From NCBI RefSeq assembly GCF_964213995.1, contig NC_135815.1:78616001-78680000 (forward strand): DNA of 64,000 nt, written 5' to 3'. The stretch's first letter is position 1; each line of letters begins with the position of its first letter. Below the pieces are notes generated by a model, which saw only the letters and a list, made by a program, of their open reading frames with translations, was not told where the DNA came from and made no database searches. This stretch comes from Mustelus asterias (lineage: Eukaryota). Shown one piece after another: positions 1 to 12,130 of this stretch. Both the position numbers and the translations under genes were made by a program.

Positions 1-315
1 AGTAAAAGAATGATCAGGACCCATGAGCCTTGCAGATCCCAAACTTGAGATGACGCTATATTAATCCCACATTTTACTTGGGACTAACTGAAAGCATTCT
101 ATAACAAGTGAGATATTATAGATTGTTAAATTCTTCTCATTATATTTGTCAGATTTTCTTGATTCTCCGTCATTTGTAACTTTTTTGAAACTGTTTCTAG
201 TGCACGCTATAACAATGAGCATTTGTTGAAAATAAAATGAAAAATTGTTGCTAAATCCATCAGAAGTTCAAAACAAGTCTTAAGTTATCATTTTTAAAGA
301 TATTGCAAACTGTAC

Positions 316-445
316 CTCAAATCTTTGCTCTTCAGTATCAGATTCTTTCCACTCACACTGAGATTTGTCTTCAGAATTAGTGAAAGATTGAATGTGTACA
401 TTCTTTCTGACTTCAGTAGTTCCATAGCAGCTTGGTACCTTTTGA
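316..445 (-). CDS. ARHGEF33: ARHGEF33 coding exon, start of the RhoGEF (DH) domain; gene continues beyond the left edge
   Basis: ctttctag|TC AAA AGG...GAT TTG AG|gtacag, 130 nt, phase 1 to 2. (V)KRYQAAMELLKSERMYTFNLSLILKTNLSVSGKNLILKSKDL resembles human AKRQTVALELLESERKYVINISLILKIK. Confidence 0.93.
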
Positions 446-1159
446 CTAGAAAGTGTAAAGGCAGAGAATGATTGGTTGTAAAATATGTTTGGTTACCTTA
501 TTTGTTGTTATTTTAATAGTTTTCATGAAATATTCATAACTTTGGCTGTAGTGTAATTTATGCTGTGTAACAAAAATGTTCATAGGTCAAAATTTTGCGC
601 TCCCCCCACCACTCACCTGGAGTTTTGACCTAATCTCTGACACCCCAATCAGCCCCCCCACAGGCTTTCCCTGCACATGACCCCACCACCTCCTGCCAAT
701 TACCTTTCCTCCAGTTCCTGGCATTTTTTTGTTCCAGGCAGTTAGCTGCAGTGCCTCTTCCGGCCACTGCAGCACTGTTCCTGGAATGACTGGAGAGCTG
801 CCAGCCAATCTGATTGTATTTGTTAGAATATTTGTTAGAACATGAAACGGCATCAGGCCTGATGGAGTTGGCAGGGATGCATTCCTTGTGGCCCCCGGCC
901 ATCCTGAAAATTCAGACCCTTGAATCACATGGCACAGGAAGAGGCCATTGGGTCCATTGTACCTCTTTGAAAGAGCTATCTAATTAATTCCATACTTATA
1001 TAAACTTCTTTTACTCTAAGACTATCCTTAACATTCTTAGTAAGCCACAGAAATCTTGCTGAGTTTATTTTTCAGTGGAATATATTTTTGTTGACCTTCT
1101 TGAATTTTTTCTTTAAATGTTTCTGTTGGTAACATACTGTTACAATTCTTAGTCTATTT

Positions 1160-1745
1160 ATTCAATCAATCTTAGCAGGCTCTCCCCTCATACCTACATA
1201 ATTGGCTTTGTTTAAGCTGAAGATTCTTGTTTGGGATTCAAATATATTGCTCTCAAACTTAATATGGAATTCAACTGTATTATGATCACTATTTCCCAGT
1301 GGTTCTTTTGCTATGAGATTCCTAATTAACCTTGCCTTATTGCACAATACTAGATCTAAAATAGCTGTTCTGTTCAAGGAAATTCTTATGAAAGTATGGT
1401 ACAAACTCATTTTCCAAACTACCTTCACCAATTTGATTGCTCTCGTCCATATTGCTTAAAGTCATCCATATCATCACACTGTGTATGTTACATGCTCCAA
1501 TAATTTCATTCTCAATGCTCAGACCAATGGTATAACTACTGCTAGGGGGCCAGCATTTTGTGATTCTTGATATTCCTAATCTCCACCCATATTGATTCTA
1601 TTTCCTGACTTACAAGCCAAGATCCTTTCTCACTAATGCCTTTACTATCAGGACTAAATGTTGTGTACCCTGGAGTATTTATTTGCCAAACTTGATCACC
1701 TTGTAACCATGTCTCATAATGGTGATTAGATTGGAACACCTATTA
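1160..1745 (-). mobile_element. CR1 LINE endonuclease-region fragment
   Basis: AILDLVLCN...EPLGNSDHNTVEF...LNKANYVGMRGE and ETWLQGDQVWQINTPGY are CR1 ORF2 APE motifs, with frameshifts. Confidence 0.85.
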
Positions 1746-1769
1746 GTGTCACTAATTAATCTGTCTTTA

Positions 1770-2145
1770 ATGCAAAGGAGGTTCACCAGGATGTTGTCTG
1801 GTCTCAAGGGTGTTGATGATGAGGAGAGGTTGAATAAACTAGGATTGTTTTCACTGGAAAGACAGAGACTAAAGGGAGACCTGATAGAGGTCCACAAAAT
1901 TATGGGAGGCATAGACATGGTGGATGGTCAGAGCCTTTTTCCAGGGTGGAAGTGTCAAAAGCAAGGGGGCAGAGGTTCAAAATGAGAGGGGGAAAGTTTA
2001 AGGGAGATGTGTAGGAGAAATTTTTCAGAGTAATGGGTGCCTGGAATGTGCTGCCAGAGGAGGTGGTGGAAGGAGACATGTTAACAACATTTAAGAGGCA
2101 TCTGGATGGGTACATGAATTGGAAGGAAATAGAGGGATATGGATC
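1770..2145 (+). mobile_element. CR1 LINE 3' end fragment
   Basis: QRRFTRMLSGL...LGLFSLERQRLKGDLIEVHKIM is the CR1 ORF2 C-terminus. Confidence 0.9.
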
Positions 2146-2709
2146 AAGTAACCCCTGCAGCAGAGCTGGTACCAAACAGTATTGGTTTCACCTTTGCCTC
2201 TGGACAATACTAACAGTTGGCAGAGGGAGATCCTGATTCCTCAACGGTTCAGAATCTCTATTATATTTGACCAGGACTGTACCCTGGAAAGGAGACCACA
2301 CCATTGTGGCCACCGTTAGCGCAATACAGGAAGGAACAGTAATCTCTCACTCGATTGGCACAGAACACAAGTACCAGGGTTTGCTTTCAATAGTTTGTGA
2401 AAGCTTCAGGCTTCAGTGAATAGCTACCGTCCATTGTACCAAGTGTGTTTGCTACTGTCCCACTATGGCCTACTGGACCATTGAAGCTTAGTGAATCCTC
2501 TCTCAGCCGGAAGGTTGCTAATCTCTGCACTAAGTAAGAAAAACTCAAACGAAGGCCATTACCAAAGAAAAGCCAAGCAGCCTGCCATAAAAAGGTTTTT
2601 TAAATTTAGTTAGGGCATCATGATCAACACGGACTTGGAGGGCCAAAGGACCTGTTCTTATCCTATACATTCTTTGTTCTTATTGTAGATGCTTTGCATG
2701 TTCAGATAA

Positions 2710-2885
2710 TCATAGAATCATTGAATCATAGAATCTACAGCACAGAGACAGGCCCTTAGGCCCAAACTGGTCCATGCTGACCAAAATGCCCATCTAAGTT
2801 AACCCCATTTTCCTGCATTTGGCCCAAATCCTTCTAAACCTTTCCTATCCATGTATCTGTCCAAATGCCTTTTAAATGTTGTCAA
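2710..2885 (-). mobile_element. CR1 3' tail fragment
   Basis: ATCATAGA-type microsatellite tail plus CR1 3' UTR on the minus strand. Confidence 0.7.
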
Positions 2886-5109
2886 TTTGTGTTAGTATTT
2901 GCGTGTTAAGAAAAGGTTAAGAATATGGCTTTTGCTTAGTTTGCCTATTGTTTTGCATGGACTGTGTACTTACTGTGTAAATTAGAGTATAAAATAGATT
3001 TATTTTGTATTTTGTGTCACCCTAACAAATCTGTATGGCTGCCATTCTCAGTGCCAACGCCTGAAGAAATACTGAAGGGTTTTGCACTGATGCTGGGAGT
3101 GTCTGTCAGGTGGGATTCACCCAGCTGATGGATGCAAATTCATGCACCCCAACAACCCACCGGCCAGCCCAGCTGTTTACAGATTGGGCACCTGATCTCC
3201 ATGCTCAGAGACAGGCCCCCCACCCCCCCAAAAAAATGAAATGTGACCCCACCCCACTGTCCTTGGGAGCGCCGCCAACCACTCACAAAAGAGGGACATC
3301 CTCCCCACTCACCCATATATAACGGGTCACCCACCCCTCGACACCACACAGGCATGAGGGTAAAATGATGCCCTCCCACTCAGTCTCCCATTCATCCCCC
3401 CCCCCCCCCTCCACATTCAGACCTGCCACTCATCCCCCCTTCCCCATTCAGGCAGTCCATCATGCCCCACACCTTGGTAATGCCAGTGGAAACTACCCCA
3501 TGGGACCCTGGCACTGATACCCTGGCCTCGCACTTTGGATAACGAGAGTGGTCAAGGAGATAGGTCCAGTGGGCATTTGCCCCTCTGCTGCTGCCAGGCT
3601 GCAGAGGGAAGGTCCCCTGCAGATCCTGGGGGTTGAATGGGCTCAGGCTGGGGGCAAGGGGCTGACCTCACCACTCTCCCCTAGGATGAGGGTCTCGTGG
3701 CTGGACTGCCCCATCTAGCCTGGGCAGATTTGAAGATTAGCCCCGGCATAGTGATTTCAGACAGCCGTGTGATCAACATCTTAATTCTTTAATCTCCTTG
3801 CCCCCTGGACAGCTGGCAGGCTTTTAAATCACAATAGCATTCCATTTTGCAGCAGGGACTTTCCCTTTCTTTCTGTAAGAAGCTGCATGTGTGAGCAGAT
3901 CTCTTTGAAGTCTCTGACAGAGAGAAAATGTCAATTTCACTGTTGGGGGCGGGAGGGGGGGTCCATTCTCCACAGCTATGCAATCATCCCCAGTATATTC
4001 ATGCAGCTTTGATTTGAAGTCAATAAGTGGTTTAACTTCCTCTTTTGCAGACTAATTATTCCTTTTGAAGAAACCAAAACTGTCAATCAAGCTTCAATTG
4101 TCTGTAAACATTGCAATTAGAACAATAGAGGTACTTGAGATGCATTCAAGCATGAAGGGAAATGAAAATAAACACAGATGACTGGAGGCTGAGTAGAAAT
4201 ACATTAAGGTGTCAATGGAAGCTTATTTCAAAGCATTGCACTTTGAAATTGACAGAGATCAAAGGTTTCTAATGCAATAGAGAGGGTTTCAAAGCTCTCA
4301 AGGCTTGCAGACTTCAAATCATTGTGAATACATTGGGGCTGAATGCACAGTTGTGGAGAATGGAAAGTGGCAGTCAAGCCATGAGACCCCTATCTTGAGG
4401 GAGACTGGTGAGGTCAACCTCTTGCCCCTTGCCCAAGCCTACCAATCCCCAGGACCCTTGAGGGAACCCTTTCTCTGCAGCCTGGCAGCAACGGAGGGGC
4501 AAATGGCCACTGGACATACCTCCCTGATTCCCCTCTGGGCCCAAGGTGCCAAGTCAGGGTGTCAGTGCCCCCAGGATGCCAGGGTGCAGTGCACCATTGG
4601 CACTGCCAAAGTGTATGGCCTGAAGGTGAGCCTGAATGGGGGGTCTGAGGGAACCGGGGTTGAGTGAGGATTCTGAGGGGGAGGGGGGGGGGGGGCTACA
4701 GGGGGGTCTGAGGGGGAAGGGCACCTGAGGGGGCTGTGAGGAGAGGGGGGGTGCTGGAGGGGAAAGGGGGCTGTGGGAAGGGGGTCAGGTCACCCTCATG
4801 CCTGCGTGGTGTGGGGGACGGGTAACCTGTTATTTGAGTGGAGGAAGGGAGGCTGCCTCTCTTTGCTGAGGGGTTGGTGGTGCTCCCGTGGACCCCTTGG
4901 GGCCCAGCATACCAGGCCCACACTAGTCAGCACCAGCAGCAAAGCCTGCCTGGTGCATTTCCTGCTGGAGAGTTGGGCCAGTGAATGGGCCATCAATCCC
5001 GCTAATTGTAACGGGAGCAGGTGCCAAACCCATTTTTTGTCCTACGTCTGATTCTCTAGGCTATCATGATTCTCTAGGCTATCGTGATTCTCACCAACAG
5101 CTAGGGGGT

Positions 5110-5338
5110 CCAGAGAATATCGCATATCGGAAAGATATAGCTAGGGTGAAGGAGTATTGAATTATAGTTCATCTTTTCTTGTCGAATAAATGTTTTATTC
5201 TTTTGTATGAAGTTAATTACTCTGTTCAGTAGCCACCTTTCACACCCCTAAACAAAAAATACAAGTTAGGATCTATCAAGCCGGGTTCCATCCTGGGATC
5301 TGACTTGTCCAATAGTAAAATCAGCTGGAATTGTAACA
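5110..5338 (+). mobile_element. Probable LTR 3' fragment
   Basis: AATAAA followed by a U5-like region ending ...TTGTAACA, the same terminus as the solo LTR at 28262-28959. Confidence 0.4.
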
Positions 5339-5670
5339 GAAGTATGAATGTATGGACTTTAGCTTTGGACAAGATTGGACTCTGCAGGTTCTCCCTGCCC
5401 CCTGAATGATGAAATAGATTGTTGTGACTATAAAGGTTCTCATATGAATACGTTAATAGCCACCATAATAGTGGAGATGGAATCATTAGCAACAAGGAAC
5501 CTAAATGTTCAGGAGGTGGAGGGAGAAACTTAGCCAATTATGTTTTTTCTAATTCTGAGGAGACTTCAAAAAAGGAATCACCAATCAACAGAGTACCTAT
5601 GAACACATTTTTTTCCTTCCAATACAACATTATAAAAAGTTGTATTATTATTTAAACAGTAACATGTTAC

Positions 5671-5931
5671 CTTGGTATTTCTTTTTCAGATATTGAACAT
5701 TCTTGCTGTCTAACTGACTTGTGACATGGTTGGTTTCCAATCCATTTTCTTGGGAAGTATATCTGCTTTGGTTCAATTCTTTGCAACTGTCTGAATATTC
5801 CACCATTGGTTTTGTGTCAACATGTTGCTGAAACTCGTGATCATTTCTCACCACTGGTGACATCAACTCATGTATTGGGTGAGCATTGCCAGGTGAGTTT
5901 TGCCCTCCTTCCATGTCTGTTTTATGCACAG
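5671..5931 (-). CDS. ARHGEF33: ARHGEF33 coding exon (261 nt, phase 1-1)
   Basis: ttgtattccag|CT GTG CAT...TAC CAA G|gtaaca, within ORF 5648..5929. DSCKELNQSRYTSQENGLET resembles human DKLKEAGQGRHSSLENVLCET. An earlier phase-1 donor (ACA A|gtcagt) is also possible. Confidence 0.8.
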
Positions 5932-6134
5932 CTGGAATACAAACAGATCTACTGAACTATCAGAATGGGTTAGCATAACTTCAGGCAGTTGACATCTTTA
6001 TTTTGTGAATCAGCTTCAAAATATAAAGGTAGCAAGCAAATTCACCCTGGAAACCTTACAAGTAGCCTGCAAAATCTCAAAGAAAAAAAGGGCAAAAAAT
6101 TCAAGAAAGGTCACCCCACCCCACACAAAATGTA

Positions 6135-6266
6135 GGGTGGGATTTTCCAGCCGCGCTCAGCCCAAAAGTGGAAAACCCGCCCGAGGTCAACAGATCTTTG
6201 CATGCCCCTACCCCCCTCACGCCACTACGATTCCCGTGGCAGTTGGGATGGGAAAATTCCCCCCAT
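6135..6266. mobile_element. Short MITE, representative of a dispersed family
   Basis: TIRs GGGTGGGATTTTCC...GGAAAATTCCCCCC. Similar copies at about 9462-9630, 12306-12403, 22620-22750 and 31030-31207. Confidence 0.55.
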
Positions 6267-7113
6267 AGAGTTTGATTGGAGGAGCAGTGAGTGTGGAATA
6301 GACAGGTCTGTGAGGAGCTGCTTCTCCAATCACAAACTCTGTCTCTCTCATGCATGATGTTCCAGCTCCTCCAATCACAAGTTCCCTCCCTCCTGCTCTT
6401 GCTGCCCCTCCAGAGACAGAACCTATGATTGGAGGAACAGGAAGGGGGGGAGATAGGGAACCTGTGATCAGAGGTTGAGGAGCACTGCGTAAGTTACTAC
6501 ATAGAAGTTTTTTTTTCAGCCCAAATATATTTTGCAATTACATCCATTACATTGCAAGAAGGCTAAGAATCTGGAATAGGAATTAAATAAAACTATATTA
6601 TACAAAAAAATAGTTGCAGACTAACATTCAAATACAAATAATGATTCACAGACATTCCCTCGAGACCACCCCTAATTGTTTTTCAAATCATAAAACAGTT
6701 CTGTATCACACAAGCAGAGTTACTCAGTGAGTAAGGGCTCGGGACAGGGACGGTGAGAGGGAGGGAGTGGGAGAATCAAGGAAGGAGGTAGCAAGTGAGA
6801 GAGGAGGAGAGGGAAGCATGAGGTCATTAGGAAAGAGGTGGTGGGTGAAGCAAAAATAACGACTCAATTCCCTTCAATAATCAAATATAGTACTGAGGTG
6901 CAATATGTTGGGACTGTGTGCCAATGTTGTGGAATGATAGGAAAGAGTTATATGACATACTGTATCTGTCAAAAGTAGCAAAGTCAGTAGGACAACGCAT
7001 AAAGTAAAAACTGAGGGAATGGCACTAAGTATTTTCTGACAGAGGGAGAAAAAAGTTCAAAGAAAGTATAGTACGAATCTTACTTTACTCAAAGAATTTG
7101 AAGTCATCCCTAC

Positions 7114-7259
7114 CTTTCTGGAACATGCTATGGGGAAGGCTCACAGAATAGCGTTTATTCAGTGTAGGTTCATAATTCACGTACATTTTACAGTATAAAG
7201 CTGGGTCTACCGGATATTTCTCTCCTGTGTTTTGAGCTTCCCAATTCCACATTTTATTG
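7114..7259 (-). CDS. ARHGEF33: ARHGEF33 coding exon (146 nt, phase 2-1)
   Basis: ttttcttttag|C AAT AAA...CAG AAA G|gtaggg. Open frame NKMWNWEAQNTGEKYPVDPALYCKMYVNYEPTLNKRYSVSLPHSMFQK bridges the phases of both neighbours, with weak similarity to human INIPEPVLPSEDFTNLLPSQAYEK. Confidence 0.75.
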
Positions 7260-7865
7260 CTAAAAGAAAATTATGAACATTAATTCCTCAAGATTATGCA
7301 TTTGACAATCATTCTATATCACCATCACGTGAAATAATAAAAGGCAATTTGAAAATGTCAACCAAGATATATGAATAAAAGAATTGCACAGCCATTACTC
7401 CACTTGGCTTTTACTTAAAGCCTAGGATAGAAAGCAAGGTGGTAGACAATGTGCACCACATATCAGATAGGTTATTTATGCTTTGTAGCTTTCCCTGGGG
7501 AAAAAGGAAGTCACTGGTTTAGTAGCATGAGGGAGAGGGATGTACTAAGTTTTTGTAGCATTGGCTGGAGTTCTCGTGTTGCTTGGAAGAATCATAGTGT
7601 AGATAGTAGGACTTTTCAGCACTGTGGTCCTAACTTTAGAGGTAACTGAAAGGGAGATAGTCCACAGCATTTGGACTGGGAAGGCCATGGAGTTTGACAA
7701 CACTGAAGCCTGATGCTCCAAGGGCCAGGCAGCAGGGAAGAAGATAAAAAGGGAATAGATATCCCCCTTCTCCAGAAGAGTAAATAAACAAATTGCACAA
7801 AAACAAAATATGCCGGATGTTGGCAATTTGAAATTAAAACAGAAAAAGCTGGAAACACTCAGCAG

Positions 7866-8354
7866 TTTACAGATGCACCATAGAAAGCATTCTTTCTGGT
7901 TGTATCACAGCTTGGTATGGTTTCTGCTCTGCCCAAGACCACAAGGAACTACAAAAGGTCATGAATGTAGCCTAATCCATCACGCAAACCAGCCTCCCAT
8001 CCATTGACTCTGTCTACACTTGCCGCTGCCTCGGAAAAGCAGCCAGCATAATTAAGGACCGCACGCACCCCGGACACACTGTCTTCCACCTTCTTCCATT
8101 GGGAAAAAGATACAAAAGTCTGAAGTCACGTACCAACCGACTCAAGAACAGCTTCTTCCCTGCTGCCATCAGACTTTTGAATGGACCTTCCTCGCACTAA
8201 GTTGATCTTTCTCTACACTATGACTGTAACACTACATTCTGCACTTTCTCCTTTCCTTCCCTATGAACGGTAAAACTTTGTATCTATGCAAGAAACTTTT
8301 CACTGTAGACTAATACATGTGACATAAATCAAATCAATAAATCAAATCAAATCA
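7866..8354 (+). mobile_element. Rex1/Babar-type LINE 3' end nested inside a short Penelope-type repeat
   Basis: Translates to YRCTIESILSGCITAWYG...HPGHTVFHLLPLGKRYKSLKSRTNRLKNSFFPAAIRLLN with an (AAATC)n tail. The host repeat at about 7800-7865 resumes at about 8355. Confidence 0.8.
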
Positions 8355-8981
8355 GTTCAGCAGCATCTATGGAGAGAAATGGAGGTAACATTGCAGATCG
8401 TGTCCTTGCATCAGAACTGAAAAATGTTAGAGATGTAACAGTTCTTAAGCAAATAAACACATGGGTTGCTTTCATCAAAATAACTCAAAAAGTAAAACCC
8501 CTATAGGCATATTGTTTTGAAAAAGAGTTTTAAAATCCTTGTTTTATACTTGTTTTGATGGAATAACTCAGGTAGAAGCCTCAATCTGCATGGTTGCCCA
8601 GAGCTAAGGAATTACTTGGAGCTACTCTCATTTTGTCCCTTTCTTTCTGACAGTTTATTTACAATAAAAAGCACCCAATTTTATCGTTACTGGAATTTCT
8701 CTAATCTTTTTTAAAAAATCAACTTTGAAAATCAACAGTGCAATAAAAAAGTGCAGATAAATATTTTGGTATTTCAGTTTAATAAATGCTGCTGGTGCAT
8801 TGTGGCAATTAGGTGTTCAGACTGCACAGTCCATATTTGGTAAATTGTCATACCTTTGGGAATGGATATCATAAGTACTGGGGAAGACTGAAGTTTTCAA
8901 GTAATTGTTTTGATAAAGGCATTACAATAACAATGGATTCATGTTCTCATGAAATATATGTTGAATTGATTTTCAGTTTAA

Positions 8982-9390
8982 GGGGGACAGCATGGTGGCA
9001 CAGTGGTTAGCACTGTTGCCTTACAGTAAGAAGTTTAACAACACCAGGTTAAAGTCCAACAGGTTTATTTGGTAGCAAAAGCCACACAAGCTTTCGAGGC
9101 TCTGAGCCCCTCCTTACAGTGCCAGGGACCCAGGTTCAATTCCAACCTCAAGTGACTGTGTGGAGTTTGCATGTTCTCCTCATGTCTACATCAGTTTGCT
9201 CTGGATGCTCTGGTTTCCTTTCAAAGATGTGCAGGTTAGGTGGATTAGCAATGCTAAATTGTTGTTTAGTATCAGAGGATTAGCAGAGTAAATGCATGAG
9301 GCTATGGGAATAGGGCCTGGTGGGGTTGTTGTTGGTGTAGGCTCGATGGGCCAAATGGCCTCCTCCTGCTCTGTAGCGGTCCTTTGATTC
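8982..9390 (+). mobile_element. HE1/V-SINE interrupted by a Penelope terminal fragment (about 9026-9110)
   Basis: tRNA head GGTGGCACAGTGGTTAGCACTG and V-domain TGTGGAGTTTGCATGTTCTCC. The insert is flanked by repeated CCTTACAGT. Confidence 0.85.
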
Positions 9391-9729
9391 TTAGCTGAGA
9401 ATTCAGAAATGTTGGTTACTGAGAAAAATGCTACATGATATTTTAATTCCTGGAAACATATTCGCTGGAATTTTACCACCCCACGCACCATGGGAATCGG
9501 ACAATAGGAAAGAACATTGACCTTGGGCGGGATTTTCTGGCTTTGGGGCAAGTGCAGCCAGAAAAACCTGCCCGATGGACACGGACCTTTGCGCGGTCTG
9601 TGTCCCGCCCACCACGGGAATCTTAGTGCGTGGGATAGGAACATTTCTGAGTACAATGTAGAGAAAAGATAATGAACCAAATTTTGCTGTAAAAGCACAG
9701 AAACATAGAAATTAGAAGTCGGAGGAGGC

Positions 9730-11040
9730 AATTTGGAGATAATACATTCAGTTCCAGCTTCCAAATCATTAATATATAATGTGAACAGTTGGGGTCCTAA
9801 CACAGATCCCTGTGGAACCCCACTAGTCAATGACTGCCAATCAGAAAAAGACTCATTTATGGTAACTGTTTGCTTTCTATCCATCTCAAGACATTATCTG
9901 CAATCCCATGTGCTTTAACTTTACATAGTAGTCTGCTTTGTGAGACCTTGTCAAAAGCCTTCTGAAAGTCTAAATAAATCGCATCCACTGGTTCTCCTCG
10001 GTCAACTCTACTCCTTACATCCAATTCCAATAGATTCGTCAAGCACAATTTCCCTTTTGTAAATCCATGCTGATTTTGTCTGATTATACCACAGCCTTCC
10101 AAATGCTGAGTTCTGAAATCCTTGATAATCGACTCTAGCAACTTCCCCTGTACCAACATTAGGCTCACTGATCTATAATTCCATGTTTTCCCTCTATCTC
10201 CCTTTTTGAATAGCTGGCTTACATTAGTTACCCTCCAATCTGTAGGAACTATTCCAGAGTCCAAAGAACTTTGCAAAATAACCACCAATGGATCTACTAT
10301 TTCCAGGGCCAATTCCTCAAGTACTCTGGGATGAAGATTATCAAGACCTGGAGATTTATCCACCTTCAATCCCATCAACTTCCCCAAAACCATTTCTCTA
10401 CTAATGCTGATTTCATTCAGCTCCTCACTAAAACATGTTTCTCTCAGCACTTCTTGTACATTATTCATGTCTTCCTTTGTGAAGACTGAAGCAAAGTACA
10501 AATTTAATTCCTCGGCCATTTCTTTATTCCCCATTATGAATTCTCCCATTTCTGACTGTAAGGGGCCTATGTTCGTTTTTGTCAATCTTTTTCTCTTTAC
10601 ATATCAATAGAAAATTTTATAGTCAGTTTTTATGTTCCCCGTTAGCTGACTTTCATATTGTATTTTTCCCTTCTTAATCAATCTCTTGGTCCTCCTTTGC
10701 TGAAGTTTAAATTGCTCCCAATCCTCAGGCCTACTACTTTTTCTTGCCAATTTTTAATGCTTCTTCCTTGAATCTGATGTATCTCTAATTTCCCTTGAGA
10801 GCCATGGTTTGGCCACAATTTATTTACCATTCTTGTGCCAAACAGGAATAAACAATTTCTGGAGTTCACCTATTTGTTCTTTAAATGCCTGCCATTGCCT
10901 GTCCACTGTCTTTCCTTTCAGTAGTGTTTTCCAGTTCATCATGGCCAATTCAGGCCGCATACCATCATAGTTCCCTTTATTGAGATTCAGGACCCTGGTC
11001 TCAAAATCAACTACATCATTATCCGCCTTGACAAAGCTGA
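9730..11040 (-). mobile_element. CR1 LINE ORF2 (RT) fragment
   Basis: ORF 9857..10585 (KSPGLDNLHPRVL, QHGFTKGKLCLTNLLE, VDAIYLDFQKAFDKV) and SGVPQGSVLGPQLFTLYINDL. Confidence 0.95.
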
Positions 11041-11287
11041 TCATCTAACAGAATCTACTCTACTTATTTAGATTTTCCCTTGTATGTTAAAATATTACAT
11101 TATTTGTATGGCAAATTGCTGAGGGTGCAAGCTGATAATGTCACAACAAGGGAAATAGGACCTGCGTCCTGAATGAACAGGAGAAGCATTGTGTATCTCC
11201 ATAATCAATCAGACTGAAGGATTGTGAAATTAATAACGTAAGAACTGAGGATATGCCAATTAGAATGGGTGAATTCAATGTCAATCA

Positions 11288-11634
11288 GGGGCGGCACGGT
11301 AGCACAGTGGTTAGCACTGCTGCTTCACAGCTCCAGGGTCCCGGGTTCGATTCCCGGCTCGGGTCACTGTCTGTGTGGAGTTTGCACATTCTCCTCGTGT
11401 CTGCGTGGGTTTCCTCCGGGTGCTCCGGTTTCCTCCCACAGTTCAAAGATGTGCGGGTTAGGTTGATTGGCCAGGTTAAAAATTGTCCCTTAGAGTCCTG
11501 GGATGTGTAGGTTAGAGGGATTAGCGGGTAAATATGTGGGGGTGGGGCCTGGGTGGGATTGTGGTCGGTGCAGACTCGATGGGCCGAATGGCCTCCTTCT
11601 GCACTGTAGGGTTTCTATGGTTCTATGGTTTCTA
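11288..11634 (+). mobile_element. HE1/V-SINE, full length
   Basis: A box GCACAGTGGTTAG, B box GGTTCGATTCCC, V-domain, CR1-like tail GGGCCGAATGGCCTCCTTCTGCACTGT, TTCTATGG repeats. Confidence 0.93.
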
Positions 11635-11817
11635 GATGCAAAAATTAAATAAAATGAGGGAAAGAAAGAATGGGTTAAGAGAGAGGGAGATAGAAAATAA
11701 AAAAGTTATATTTTAATCATCTCTAATTACAGTTAAAACATGAAGGAATGAGACTTCACATTTGTAATAGTTAATTTTTAATGAGAGAGATTGATTGGCA
11801 GTAATTAAAACTAATCA

Positions 11818-12130
11818 TGTTTGGAACTCGGGGTCACAGTTTGAGGATAAGGGATAAACCTTTTAGGACTGAGGTGAGGAGAAATTTCTTCACCCAGAGA
11901 GTGGTGTATCTGTGGAATTCACTACCACAGAAAGCAGTTGAAGCCAAAACGTTGTGTGATTTCAAGAAGAAATTAGATGTAGCCCTTGGGGTTAAAGGGA
12001 TCAAGGGATATAGGGACAGTGGAGGCAGGATCAGGATATTGAATATGATGATCAGCCATGATCAAAATGATTGGCAGAGCAGGCTCAAAGGGCCGAATGG
12101 CCTGCTCCTGCTTTTATTTTCTATGTTTCA
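11818..12130 (+). mobile_element. CR1 3' end fragment
   Basis: TRGHSLRIRDKPFRTEVRRNFFTQRVVYLWNSLP. Confidence 0.9.

Noticed and set aside
4076-4091. AAAACTGTCAATCAA motif resembling the U2-element TSD (also about 16349), suggesting the TSD is coincidental or target-specific
   Set aside because: These are only partial matches. The exact 17-mer abuts both element ends, and one copy cannot establish target specificity.
5049-5092. 18-bp tandem repeat TGATTCTCTAGGCTATC(A/G), about 2.5 copies
   Set aside because: Simple local duplication with no spacers, not CRISPR-like.
11288-11360. tRNA gene
   Set aside because: The A/B boxes belong to HE1 SINE heads and run directly into the V-domain.
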